Below are positions 10,794-23,644 of a stretch of 64,000 nucleotides of DNA, piece by piece. The DNA lies in NCBI RefSeq assembly GCF_041956535.1, contig NW_027192192.1, positions 87,793 through 151,792 of the forward strand. Direction: 5' to 3'. The notes below the pieces were generated by a model, which saw only the letters and a program-made list of their open reading frames with translations, searched no databases and was not told the origin of the DNA. A program made the translations under genes and the position numbers. Position 1 is the stretch's first letter, and each line of letters opens with the position of its first letter. Source of the DNA: Calcarisporiella thermophila CBS 279.70. Lineage: Eukaryota > Fungi > Calcarisporiellomycota.

Positions 10794-13714
10794 TCATTTT
10801 TTTTCAACCGAGATGATCTCTAATCCCGAAAGTACCGCCGGCATTTTCCCGAGAGACTTAAGGCGCACGTCCACCATGCCGGAAGCCGCGTTGACTTGGT
10901 AGGTGAGTGAGAGAATTCCGGCTGCCGAAGATCTTCGGATATCGATGTTTGGGAAAACCAGCTGTCCCTGCACATACACATCCATGGGGCGCATTCCAAT
11001 ATTGAGGTCCTCCTGCGGTTCTAATAGGTGTAGCTTGAGGTCGTAGAATCCGGAGTCGACCGGAACTTGGTATTCGAATTCAGGGCCGAATCGGTAAGTC
11101 TGGTAGACAAGAGAGGGCGCAGTGAAATCGGAGGCGTTGAAGGTACGCAGGCGCCCCGGCGGGATTTCCTCCCACTTGCTTTTACTTCCTATGACGTAGT
11201 GATCCATGTCCCAGAAGATTCCGTCTGCAGAATTGTTTGTCGTGCGTGCCCCGGCGTTGAGTCTAATCTCGGGTCGATAATGCCACTTGACCTCATCGCT
11301 GGCAATCGTTTCTCCCGCGTCTGAGCGCCCTTCAACCCGGATGGTGTTCTCCCCTGGAGACAACTCCACGTCCCAGAAAACTATTGTCCGGTTAGACGGA
11401 ACGTCGCTCGTCGCCACCTCGTTGTCGTTCACCCTCACCACCACGCTTTCTATCCCCTTTCCCAAGTACACTTTCACCTCATTTTTTCGCAAGTGTCTAT
11501 GCACAAATCTTCGATTGTTGATATACACAAAGGCCTCTTTGCTCCACTGTGCCTTGTAGAACCAGTAGGCGTCCTTTCTAACCCCACGGTCGTAGGTCAC
11601 AAGCCCTTTGTCGTTTCGCCCGGCCCTGTCACCCTCATTGCGCAAATCGATTGCGAAATCAAAAGCATTCCACACAAATTTGCCCCAGATGTGAGGCCGT
11701 GCTTTTAGAACAGCCCAGTGATGTTCATGGACGATGGCCTGCCAGGCTTCCGGGTGATACAACTTTAAAAATTCGGGCCGCTTGTTGCCATCATACCCAT
11801 GGTGGTGAATGGAGGCGCCTGCGCCATACTCGCTCATTGCAAATCGGTATTCTGAGTGGTTGTGGTGGATTTCGTCCAGCCAGGGGCCGACATCCTCAAG
11901 TACGGGGCGGTACCATCCAAAGTACTTGTTGTATCCATGCACGTCGGTGTGTTCCACGACAGGGTCGTCCTCAGGCCGACAACAGTGGGCCATGGTAGTT
12001 AGCCTTGTGTCGTCCTCCTCATGGGCCACCTTGTTCAACGTGGCAAGAAGCGGGTCGGAGTTCATCGGATGCCCCTCAAATTCGAGGCGTGGCTCGTTTG
12101 ATATGCTCCAAAAGAAGATGGAAGGGTGGTTGTAATTCTGCCGGATGAGGCTACGCAGTTGCTCAATCGCATTAGAGGTAAAAGCGATGTCTTCAGTAAT
12201 AAATTTCACAACCGGGATCTCCGCCCACACACACAGCCCCGCTCGATCAGCCAAATCGTAGGTGTGTTGGTCGTGTTGGTAGTGGGCCAGTCGCAAACCA
12301 GTTATTCCTAGCTAAAAATTGTGATGACTTAGAAAACATTGTTATTAAGAGGGGGAGAGATATGCAAACCACCTCGAGAACAATGCTCACGTCCTCCTCG
12401 CGGTCTTGGTCAGAGATAGCCCAGCCTTTATGCTCCCGGTCTTGATGCATGTTTACCCCGTGCAATTCATAGGGGCGCCCGTTGAGGAAGAACCCTTTCT
12501 CGCTATCTACATTGAACCAGCGGAAGCCGACTGGTTGTGCGACATGATCAGTAATCTCTCCGCCGTTCACAACAACCTCCGCGTGAATTTGGTAAAGATA
12601 CGGGTCATCGCGGCCATTCCACAGATGTGGTCGCTCCACCGTTGTGCTCTGCTTCAACTCAGCTTTACCATGGGCAGGTATTGTTTGCGAGGGGCTATTG
12701 AATTGCTTGACCACGCGGCCTTCCATGTCCGTTAAAGTAAATCTGACTGACACCTCCACACTATCTTTGCCGTCATTCTCAACTCGTGCCAGTACATCCA
12801 AGCTCGATTCACGCTCGGTGACATTTCGAGGTGTAGCATAGAGTCCGGGTCCCCCATAGTCCTGCATGGCCAGATGCACCTGGTTCACCGCTACCAGTTC
12901 TACCCCGCGATACAAGCCGCCAAAGAAAGTAAAATCACCTGAGAGAGGAGCAATATCTGGGTCATAAGAGTTGTTCACCCGCACTGCTAGCAAATTCGGG
13001 AGGTTGACTTCCGGGCGAAGGAAAGCTGTGGCATCAAACTGGAACGCATTAAATCCGCCGCGGTTCTGACCGAGGTGGTGGCCATTGAAGTAGACATCGG
13101 TGACTCGGTTGCTGCCATTGAAACGTAGAAAGACCTGGCGAGAGTGCATTTCGGGCGCAATGAACAATTCCCGCCTATACCAGGCAACTCCCCTGTAATA
13201 GTCATCTAATCGAAATGTCGAAAATGATCTCAGCTTAGATTCCGCTGCTAAAAATAGCACCACAAAAATAGATACCGTTGCCGTCTTCTCCGTCGAGTCG
13301 ATTCCAAGAGTGGGGCAAATCAACGCCTCTCCACACCCCACTCTCCTCGAAATCCTCGCTCTCCGCCCCAGGAACATCGACGCGCGCATATCGCCACCCT
13401 CTATTTAAAGAATCAGACAGTCGTAGGGCTCTGAATGGCGGTGTACTCGAGAGCTGAGAGGATTGCGCTTTGGCTTGAATGACAACAATGAGAGCAGAAA
13501 TGAGGACCGTTAGCAAACATGCCCCAAGCACTAGAAGCGCTATGGTTGAGATGCGGATGCGCCTTAGGCAGTCGTGCCAATGCGCTAAGCCCCCTCTTGG
13601 GTCATGGACCGGCTGAAACTTGGATTCTTCGCCTTCGATTTCCTTGTCCTCGTCTCCATCGTCGATGTCTCGGGTTGGGATGGAGATAAAGGGGATTTCC
13701 TCAGCTTGCTCCAT
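10794..13714 (-). CDS. GH2 beta-galactosidase/beta-glucuronidase-like enzyme with an N-terminal TM anchor and a C-terminal malectin-like domain; introns 13206-13275 and 12312-12372
   Basis: GH2 motifs VDLPHSWN, YYRGVAWYRR, GGLYRGVEL, GFFLNGRPYELHGVNMHQD, RLAHYQ, WSISNEP (acid/base) and MSEYGAG (nucleophile). C-terminal RLNAGA...YQTYRFG..FEYQVPV..G.YDLKLH is malectin-like. Both introns are GT-AG and restore the frame. Confidence 0.9.
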
Positions 13715-14597
13715 GGCCGTTGTGATTAGCGTCAAGTCTGTGGATGGACGAGGGCTTGCAAGGGCTTTAGGTTGGAAGGGGCTGGCACATGTAAAAGGCG
13801 GTTGAATACGAAGAGTACAAAAAGAACTAATTGAGGAACCTCCGCAGAATTGTAAACTATTCGGCCATGGTTACACAGCCTTTCTAGGGATTCCATGGTA
13901 ACCCCCTGACGCTCCAGCAAAGGCCCTCGCCTGCTGAAAAGCACCTCCCCGCCTTCCATTCCTTGGGCCGGCGCAGTGTCAAATGCGGGCTGCGGTATTT
14001 GGGCTCGGTAGCGCCCCTCCCAAGTGCACTGAGGGGTTGGGGGCCTTGGGCCGGGGACGCATCTAACTGAATTAGTCGAAAATAAAATCCTTTTGGGACC
14101 GTGCTTAACACCGATTAGCCATTGATTTTCCTCGAGGCTATGCCCGTCTTGTTGCTAGCGAGCCCCATTTCCAAGGGGCCCCCGCCGGCACAATCCTCCG
14201 CGTGATTCAAGCAGATGCAGGTTTTAAGAATGTTTGAAGAAAGCGCCTGTTTGCAAGCTAGGTTGCGATCTCCCCTTCCATCAACCTTATTCTAAAATTA
14301 AATAAAAGGAAGATCGGATAAACTCAGCCTCCCTTGATAGAATTTTGTATTTCTTTATAGTAGACTGATGCTTATAAGTGAAGCAAAGTACGTGATGGGC
14401 ATAGAACCCTTGCCTTAGAGCAGGTTAAGAGTATTTCCACCAGGTTGACTGCTCTGCAATACAGACATTCATTTTGAAAAGGGCCAGTATATATGACGAA
14501 GTTCATAGTTCTAGGAATAGTATATTTAAATAGAGAAAGCTTCTTTTATTCTCGCACACGCTATTAATAAAAGAGGATGTGGGCAAGTGTTTTTGTT

Positions 14598-15282
14598 TTA
14601 CGCAGCCTGCTTCTTGAGCGCGGCGAACTGGGGACCAACAATAGCGCGGCGCTGTTGGATGGAAATAAAAGATTCGTTACCATCCCCGTCGTTAATGATC
14701 TGCAATTCCAGTCTATGGATCACTTACTTGTTTCTTCAACTTCATCAGCTTGAACCGATCAAAGTCTGATGTCTGAGAGCGCTTCTCCCGCTGTTCCAGC
14801 TTCTTAGCCCAGGACGAGGCTTGCCATTTGGCGATCACGCCGGATTCCTCGAATGCCTTCTTCACCACGGAGCTGCCAGTACCACGGGGGATAGTGACCA
14901 CGTAGGGAAGGAGAGTCAGGCGACGGAATGAGTGCTCATGGCGCTTCACACCAGTCGAGGGTCCATCAACGATGGCGCGGCGGTGATCCACGATCTCGAC
15001 AATGACGGCAAGTTTGCCGGCATCAGAGCCAGAGTTGAGCATGACGACGCGGCCGACTTCGACCAAGCGGTTGAAAGAGCCCTTCTAGAAGAGTCAGACA
15101 GACCAAAAATGATAAAAACAAAGTGATAGAGGACACATTAGACCGGACCGATGCTTTCGATTCGAAAATTCATCCATCAGAAGAAACAGCCGGCACACAC
15201 CAAAATTCCATCCGTCGCAAGACCCGCAAGGGGTCATCACAGGGATGCATCTCTGGGATGAGCATAAGGTACTTACCACCAT
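14598..15282 (-). CDS. RPL14: 60S ribosomal protein eL14 (3 exons)
   Basis: MV|KGSFNRLVEVGRVVMLNSGSDAGKLAVIVEIVDHRRAIVDGP...SDFDRFKLMKLKKQ|RRAIVGPQFAALKKQAA*. Confidence 0.96.
15171..15247 (-). ncRNA. Candidate intronic box C/D snoRNA in RPL14 intron 1
   Basis: Minus strand reads CATCC-ct-GTGATGA (box C) ...~55 nt... CTGA (box D)-t-GGATG. The 5-bp terminal stem is perfect, and box D lies ~90 nt upstream of the 3' splice site. Confidence 0.7.
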
Positions 15283-15704
15283 CTTTATCAATTGTAACTA
15301 TGGATGGATGGATACAAAAGGAGAGAGGGAGTTCTATGATGGCAAGCAAGACGAGAATTTTGTTCAGCTATTTAGGTTAGGTTAGATTTGGTCGGTCTGC
15401 AAAATTTCGTCAATTCTTTGTGGCAGACCTCAGCACCCTATTCAAGAATAGGATGAAAATTAGAAAACTTTCATGAAATACAGAGTGAACGTCATTTCCA
15501 GATTCTAATCTTTTAAATCAAAAAGGGGAAAAAAAATGGATTGTGCAAATTGAAATATAAAAAAAGTAAAAGTGGTTAAAAAGGGTCCATTACAGAAGCT
15601 TAAGGTAAAAACTACAGTTCGTAAGTAAGCAAAAGGTATATCTCATAAAAATGGAAGAGGAAAGTATGTCAACTTCCTTTTAAAGGAGTGCTCACTTCTT
15701 TTCC

Positions 15705-18671
15705 CTATATTGACAGCGTTCCTAGCCGTGTCTCTAAATCCGACATCCGCAATCTAGCCTCCTCTATCATCCGAGACTCGAGACTCAGCATCCCTTGTAC
15801 CCGGTCTAACTGGTGTTGGTTCAAGCGCTCTCTCCTCTTCATGCTCTCTCTCGGAGCGGAGTCCAGTCCATTGGCCACGATTTCCCTCTTCATTCCTTCG
15901 AGTGCCCTTTCCATTTTTCGCACCTTCATCTCCAGTCCGTCTTCGCTCCGTATTTTCTCCCTAGCCTCATGAAGCTCCTTAAACCATTGCTCCTCGTGCT
16001 CAGATATCCCGGGTTCATGTTTCTCTATCAGTCGTTGCAGAACCCCATCCGCCCGTTTCGTCAGCATGCTCTGGAGCTCCACCACTTTCCTCACTCTCTC
16101 TCGAATTGCTTCGTTCCTCCTGCGTACACTTTGAATGCGCCGCTGGCCCTCCAGAATTTTGCCAAGTTGTCTTTTGAATTCTTTCACCTGCAGCTCGACG
16201 CGTCTGGAGACGGCTGTTCCGCCCACTATGATGTCGTGAATCTCGCTTCTGTAGCGCTCTACAGTTTGGGCCAAAAACCTCAAGCTCTCTTCGTTCACTA
16301 CAAGCTCACGCTTCAAGGGCGCTGGAACAACGAGTCTAGGCTGTCTAGGGGCTGCGAGTCCTCCCAGGCTCGCTTTGAAAGGAGGAAGTGGAAGCAGGGA
16401 TATATAATGCGCATCATTCGGTATCTCGCTGTGATCAAGATCTTCCGTTTCAGGTTCGCTTTGGACCGCTTGGACAAGTTGTTCTTCGATGGCGGTCACC
16501 AGCGAAGGAGGATCACTTGCTTTCTCGCTGGAGCGGATAGAGAGTTTGATGCCCACAAATTGATAGGCCGAAGTTAGGAGGAGAAGAGAGTATCCTAAAT
16601 AGATATCGTTGATAATGCAAAAGCCAATCATCGGGGTGGATTGTCTAATCCCAAAAAAAAGACCAGCCAAGGGTTAGAAATATTTATAGTACTGGCAATT
16701 ATATTTGGGGGCACTTACGTAGGATCAAGGGTGGTTGTCTGCACGAGACATCTTATATCCGACAAAATCTTTCCGTAAGCGAACTTTTTTAGAGCATCTT
16801 CGCTCTTCATTGAGTCTGCTAACTCGTCCAGCCACCGCTTAATTGTGATCATGTGAGCTCCACGAGAGTGGTAGCAATAAAAGATATCCGCGTAGATAGG
16901 GTCTGCCTCGAGCACTGGGAAATCTTTTGTTTCTTCGTCATCTCCACCATCGACTGTGAAAGAGGTAGTTGAACGGGTGAGCATCTTGCCTGGGATTGAT
17001 TTTGGCTGCTGGGTAGCCCTGCCATTGAGATATACACATTCATACAAAGAAAGAGTAAGCAGCTCCGGTTCATTTAGGCCCGCCATTCCTTCTATGGCGT
17101 CGAGATTCCACATAGCTTCTGCCCTCTCCACTTCCAGGTATACGTTGACGCGCCCACCAGCATAGGCAACTGCCACCACTCCTACCGGCGCTGTCTCCAG
17201 TGACAAAATGTCGCTTGCCTCCTCTTCAATATCATCCTCGGTCTCGTCATTATCATCGATTGCCGATTGCAGGACATAGGGACCTTGGAGATAGATCGGA
17301 TACGGGAAATCTTTGGGAGGTGAAATTACCTCTCGCTCCGACGGTTGCTCCTTAATGTCCGCGATAGTCAATTCATCTTGTCTCAGCTTGCTAAAAACTT
17401 CGTCAAGCCAGCGTTGCTGAAGGGTATATTGTTGATGAAGAAACTCAAAATCATCCGGGTTTTGGTCGGCGAGTTTACTTATTTGGTCGCTCTTGGCTCG
17501 AACGAGACACGCAAGATTCTGTAAATGGGATCGATCGATATAGCTGAAATATTAAAATGGAATTAATGATGCGTCTAATTTTGCTAAAATAAAAATATAA
17601 CTAAATAGTTACCAGCGGCCGGGTAGGACCGGACACATCGAGTATACTTCACCAGTGTTCATCAAAACATAGACGGTGAACATCCCCCAGTCTTGCGTAC
17701 CGTTGCCGATACAGAAAGAGACAGCCTCCCGGAAGCTATCCACAGAGAAGGTCCCTGCCCGGCGACTTGCTGGAAAACGAAGTGTTGTTTCTGGCTCTTC
17801 GATATTTTTCGCCACGTCATATATTCTGTTGCCAACAAGTTTAGGTAAGACGGAGAAGTACAGCTTGATCAATTTAACATTCTAACCTGAGGACACCGTC
17901 ATTGGTGAGAACCATTAAATGTGATCGCTTTTCGCTCAACGGGTGCCAGCGTACTTTCGCAATACGCGTAGAGGAATCTGCATTATGGTAGAAGCTCCCT
18001 ATTGTGTAGGTTCTATAGCGCCAGGCGGAGACATCTCTTCAGTATAAAGTAAAAAAGTAAAAAAAGATTAAACCAGTATATCCGCCATACCTGCAGCTTG
18101 TGTTGTCCAATTGCAGTGACCTTCCACGGGGGAGAACTGCAACGGCAATTTCCTTCGTTCCCGTCAAAGCAATTAGTCTTCCATTTGGGTTTACTGCGAG
18201 CGACTGAATTGTAAACGTAACGTCTGGAATCTCGAGAACCTTAAATAATAAAAGTCCCATGGTCAAAAACATATACCACCACTGATTTCTTTTTTTTTTA
18301 AAAAATAAAAATATACATACTTTGTATTTTTGTTGGTTTATCCAATCCCCATTGTCATGTTTCCTCCCTTCGCTCTCTACCGCATTCTTCCATTCCGATA
18401 GACGTAGAAGCCTTAGCTGAGAGCCAGTCGCGACAAACAAGTCTTCGCCGCTTGTGGTCATGCGAGCTTTCTTTCCCTGGAGGTCATACGCGTTAACCTT
18501 GGCAGAGGCCGAAGCATCGAGAGAACACGGAATGGAGGACACCTCGTAGGATATATTCAGGGATGGCCATGTGTTGTCTTCGGGTGGATAAAGGGGGCCT
18601 TCAGAAACATTAAAAATAGGATGGCGGTAGAGTAGATCGAGCCAAGTTGAATTAGTGGAGAGATCTGGCAT
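15705..18671 (-). CDS. NUP82: Nucleoporin Nup82/Nup88 family (multi-exon)
   Basis: Beta-propeller segments (LAVNPNGRLIALTG..EIAVAVLPR, KVRWHPLSE, W..FTVYVLMNTGEVYSMCPVLP, LQGPY) and a C-terminal coiled coil with ISEHEEQWFKEL. Confidence 0.88.
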
Positions 18672-18878
18672 TGTTTAACACCTTTAGCGAGATCCCTTTG
18701 TGTTTTCTCGCGGCCTTCATGGAGGACATAGTAAAAAAATAAAACTGCGCCTCATATACTTTTTTGAGACATTAAAACTTTATTCATGAAACGAACCGGA
18801 AAACGCGCAACCGTTTTCTCTGCTATCTTTACATCTTTCAAGTACATAATACCAAAACAAACTGAGAAAACACCAACC

Positions 18879-19760
18879 ATGAGCGCATCTACCGGTTCTT
18901 TATCACTGTACATTGTGCGACATGGAGAACGCATAGACCATGGTATTTACTGAACTGAATTGGTTGAGCCACATGGGGAAGATAAATTATTGAATTACTC
19001 ATGGAATTTCCTTTTTTTCTCATCCAATTAAGTCGATAAGACTTGGCTGGATCCTAATCCAATTGGCATACATGACCCTCCATTAACAGCGCGTGGTCAG
19101 CAACAATCCCGGCATACGGGGCGGTTCATCAGTGACCTTATCAAAGAACGCTCTGCATCCGGCCATTGTACTACTGATATCATCGTATATACTTCACCCT
19201 TCCTTCGCTGTGTACAAACAGCCCTTGACATGTCTATTGGTCTTTGCGAGAAGATGAAGGAAGAAGCAGCCGAAAATGGCTCATCAGTGAGAGTTCGATT
19301 AGAGCCTGGCCTCTGCGAATGGCTAGCGGAAGATTATTTCGACGAAGTGCAAACAACGGCAGACCGCATGATTGGACGTCGTCTCGAGGAATACGCGCAT
19401 AACCGAGATGCTAGTGGTATTTTCGACTGGGGCTATAGACCAGTAGATCTACAATTGCCCGAATTTCCAGAGGAGTTTGAGGAGCTTCTTCGGCGATTTA
19501 AACGGGTTGTCCCTCAGATCATACGGGAAAATAAGGCATCAAGCAACCGCAGAGATACCGTAATAGTGCTGGTGACGCACGGGGCCGGTGTGAATGCCGC
19601 ATTGGAAGTGGTGAAGAATACGCCGACCTTGCTGGAAACGGGCTACTGTTGCTTGTCTCGGGCACGGTTGGTCAATTCGGCGGGAGTGGACCGTTGGGTG
19701 GTAGATCTGGAAGTGAGCATGGCTCATCTAAAGAAACTAGAGTCGTTGGGGGGATGCTAA
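18879..19760 (+). CDS. Histidine phosphatase / phosphoglycerate mutase family protein (2 exons)
   Basis: LYIVRHGERIDH|VDKTW..DPPLTARGQQQ, YTSPFLRCVQTA, EPGLCEW and LVTHGAG motifs; intron ~18943-19032. Confidence 0.9.
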
Positions 19761-20189
19761 CGGTGTGAGATGTAGATATTAAGTTTTTTATAATTCTCTT
19801 TTGCTTTCATTTGGTGTTCATAGTAAACTAATCTATGATCTCTTTTTCGCATTCTTATATACGATAATGTTCTTGTTTTCTTGTCTAATTCTCATATGCT
19901 ATTTGTTATTTCTCTTTCAAGCTGACCCCTTATTTAATTCGGCTATTTGTCATTCTATCATCCATGACGTTTTTCCCAATATCAAACTGTATCCTGACCT
20001 CTTCACTGACTCATTGACACGGTGTGGCTCTATAGGCTACAAGGTTCTCAGGAGAGTGTTGATCGAGGGTTGATTTTTTAGCCCGGCCAAAGCTTAAAAT
20101 TCAAAAGCAGTCAAGATCACTCAGCATTGAATAGGTTTCTTTTGCTATTAGGGGGATTGTTTCGCTCTGTTAATTCCTTCAATTCCATC

Positions 20190-23176
20190 ATGGTGGACCG
20201 GATGAATCTTGAGGGGGCAGCCATTTGCGAGGTTTGGAACTGAATATTCACCAGGCTAATCCGCTTTATCCATTTTAACACCGCCCCGCTTCAGGATTTC
20301 CCTGCCCCGGAGACTCGAGACATTCTTTTACCTAATCAGAACGAGCAAGTTTCGCATATCGCGGTCGATGTAAATGTCCCTGCATCTCCATCTTTAGCCT
20401 GTGGTCTTCGCCAATAGGCTCATCTTTATCATTCCATAACCTAATAATGCGCAACTATTGATTAGATCGGAGGATCACTTGCTAAGCTCGTCTACTTTAC
20501 TCTCCGACCCAACGGAACTGAGGGCGGGCGCCTGAATTTTACAAAGTTTGAGACCGAGAACGTCGACAAATGTCTGGAGTTCATCCGCAAATTGCTTGCG
20601 GAGCGTAAGGCTAACGGCAGTGGTGAAGCGGGAAAAGTCGTGATTAAAGCAACAGGGGGTGGTGCCTATTTATTTTACGAAAAATTCCAAAAAGAACTCG
20701 GGATCGAAATTGAAAAGGAAGACGAGATGGAATGCCTCATCCGAGGTGTGTATTTTTTTTTAGTGAATGAGAATAGGATACTAACTCACAGAGCGTCACT
20801 AGGGCTAAACTTTTTTATTACCGAGATACCTTATGAAGTATTCACGTACAGTGAAAACGATCCGATGGTTTTTGAAGAGTCTCCCAATCCGGATTCCCTA
20901 TTCCCCTTCATGGTAAACTAATGGTTACTAAGATTTCTTTATACTATGCCTCTACTTACTAAGATATTCCATCTATGGCAGCTTGTTAACATTGGCTCGG
21001 GCGTCAGGTAAACTTGATCTATGCCCCGAATTGACTCGTATTGTTCTCTTTATACTGATAGTCTATCTATCCTCTAGTATCATCAAGGTAACAGGTTACG
21101 ATAAATTTGAACGGATAAGCGGAACTTCGGTAAGGGTTATCTAGAGTTTATGACCGAAAAGCTTAAATAGTGGGGGTAACATATCCCGTACCTAGCTCGG
21201 AGGAGGCACGCTTTGGGGTTTGTTATCTCTCCTGACTGATGCCAAATCATTTGATGAAATGCTCGAGATGTCGAAACACGGTGACAATCGTAACGTTGAC
21301 ATGCTTGTGGGGGACATCTATGGCACGGATTACTCGCGCATCGGCCTCAAATCCACCGTGATTGCCTCTACCATGGGCAAAGTGTTTCGGCGCAATATAC
21401 GACACAACAAGGACTCGTTCCGGGGCGAGGACATCGCTCGCTCATTATTATATATGGTCAGGTAATGTTTTTCTAGATATGCATTTTATAAAATGACAGA
21501 GGAATGAATATGCCTTCCCCTCTTATTAGTAACAATATCGGGCAAATAGCCTACTTAAACGCAAGAGCCCACAATTTGAAGCGGATTTATTTTGGCGGAT
21601 GTTTTATTAGAGGTGAGATCACTTTTATTCTATATATATTAGTTCTATTGACTTACCTCTGTGGTATATTAGGCCATCCTGTTACCATGAATACCCTTTC
21701 CTATGCTATCAACTTTTGGTCCAAAGGCGAAATCAAAGCCCTCTTCCTACGCCATGAAGGGTACTTGGGCGCCGTTGGTGCATTTCTAAAGTTCGAGACT
21801 GCGCGCCGATCCTCCCGAAAGTCTTTCTCGTTCTCCGAAAATTTTACCATCACGCAGAAGATTACCAGCAACTCTTTGAATGCATACGGAGTGCTAGACC
21901 AGACGCTTCAGAGATTAACCATTTTTCCTATGATTTCGGAGGAAGAAGGAAAAGAGTACCACCCGGACACGGTTGTATTAACCGATCCGAAAGCGCAGCG
22001 ATATTGGCTCGACACCCTGGAAAAAAATTTGGAGGGTATTGTTGAAGTGGCCTTGACCTACCATGAGGATGGGACTGGCCAGAACCGTGAAGAGGTGATG
22101 AAGCGACTTGATTCGTTCAAAGGGCTGTTCCGAGGGCATCTGGCGCGACTGCGTGCCCAACCCAATATGTACGGGAGCTTGACAGTGCGCAACATATTGA
22201 ACTTGCGTGAGCAGTGTTTGCACGAGATAGGGTTTCCCGATATATTTTCCAAGGTGAAGCGCACCGAAAATCTCTCCGCCATCGAGACATTGCCGTCCGT
22301 GCTCGAGAAGTTAGATTCCCTTCCTACAGAAGAAGATCGCTTAAAGCGCATGATAGAAAACATTCTTGCCGGTAAGAAAGAATTAAACTATGGGATCTTT
22401 CTTTATTCCCTTGCCAAACAAACCCATCTGTTTATATATCAGGGAACATGTTTGACTGGGGCAGTTGGAATGTGCTGGAGATGCTCAAGGCCGGTAAATT
22501 GGATTTTGCCACCGCGCGTGATAAAGTCCTGTACTCGGATCGACTAGTAAATTCACCCGCCTTAATACGTCGCCTAATTGAGCATCCACCGTATAAAAAG
22601 GTGGCCATCTTTGTGGATAATAGTGGGGCGGATATTGTCCTGGGAATTATTCCATTTGCACGTTATCTTGTCGAAAGAGGATCGCAGGTGATATTGGCGG
22701 CGAATTCCTACCCTGCAGTAAACGATGTTACGGTAAATGCTAGCATGTTGACGTCCGATGCTACAGTGGATGGCTAACGCTAGCTACTGCTATTATAGTG
22801 CGCCGAGCTAACTCAAATGATGACTAGCATCTCCGAGATCGATCCAATTCTCAAAGACGCGTGGACCCATGGTCGCCTCACTGTTTTCGGCACTGGAAGC
22901 GCTAGCCCCTGCCTCGATTTACGGCGCATTAACGAGGATCTTGCCGATGAGTGCCGCGATGTCGACTTTGTTGTTCTCGAGGGGATGGGCCGTGCCATTC
23001 ATACCAACTACCACGCCCGCTTCAAGTGCGATTCGCTCAAGATCGCCGTGTTCAAGAGCGAGGCAGTCGCCGCTGCATTGGATGCGCGCATATACGACGC
23101 ATTGGTCTGGTGGGAACAAGGCAAGGCGAAGGGAGTCAACGGAACTGCTGTACAACTAGCTGCCGAGTCGAATTGA
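20190..23176 (+). CDS. PANK4: Type II pantothenate kinase fused to a C-terminal DUF89/ARMT1-like phosphatase (PANK4-like; many introns)
   Basis: IAVD|IGGSLAKLVYF, ATGGGAY, EDEMECL, VNIGSGVS, GGGTLWGL, DMLVGDIYG and FLRHEGYLGAVGA; C-terminal GNMFDWG, FVDNSGAD and EGMGRAIHTN. Confidence 0.93.
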
Positions 23177-23644
23177 AGAGTAGCATAATATGTATATGGA
23201 AATATTTATCTCTCTTTCTTAGATATATTAAAACACACTGAACTATTTAATTTAAGGGGTGGCGCTATTTTTTTTAATCGGGTGTTGGCGGAGGTCGCAT
23301 CTTTTGAATCGCTCTTTTGTGACTATTCTCATGATGTTTATTTAATACGTACTTCGGTTAAATATATCCTTTTCATTGAGCTTGGGTGGGGGGCCATCGG
23401 CCCGGGACTCCTCAGCGACACAAGGGTGTTGATAACGAGTGAAGGGGGATATATTGTCCATAAAAATACGAAATGAGGGAGAGTATTCAAACATATGAAC
23501 ATAGGTGATAACTTGTACATGTATATGTAGATAAAGATACGAATATATACTGGTGAAAAAAAATCCAAACATGAGGTTGAGAGCCAAGAAAGGTATAGTG
23601 CGCGCCCCTTTCGCCCCCTTTTAGAGTCTGTATTGATGCAATCC

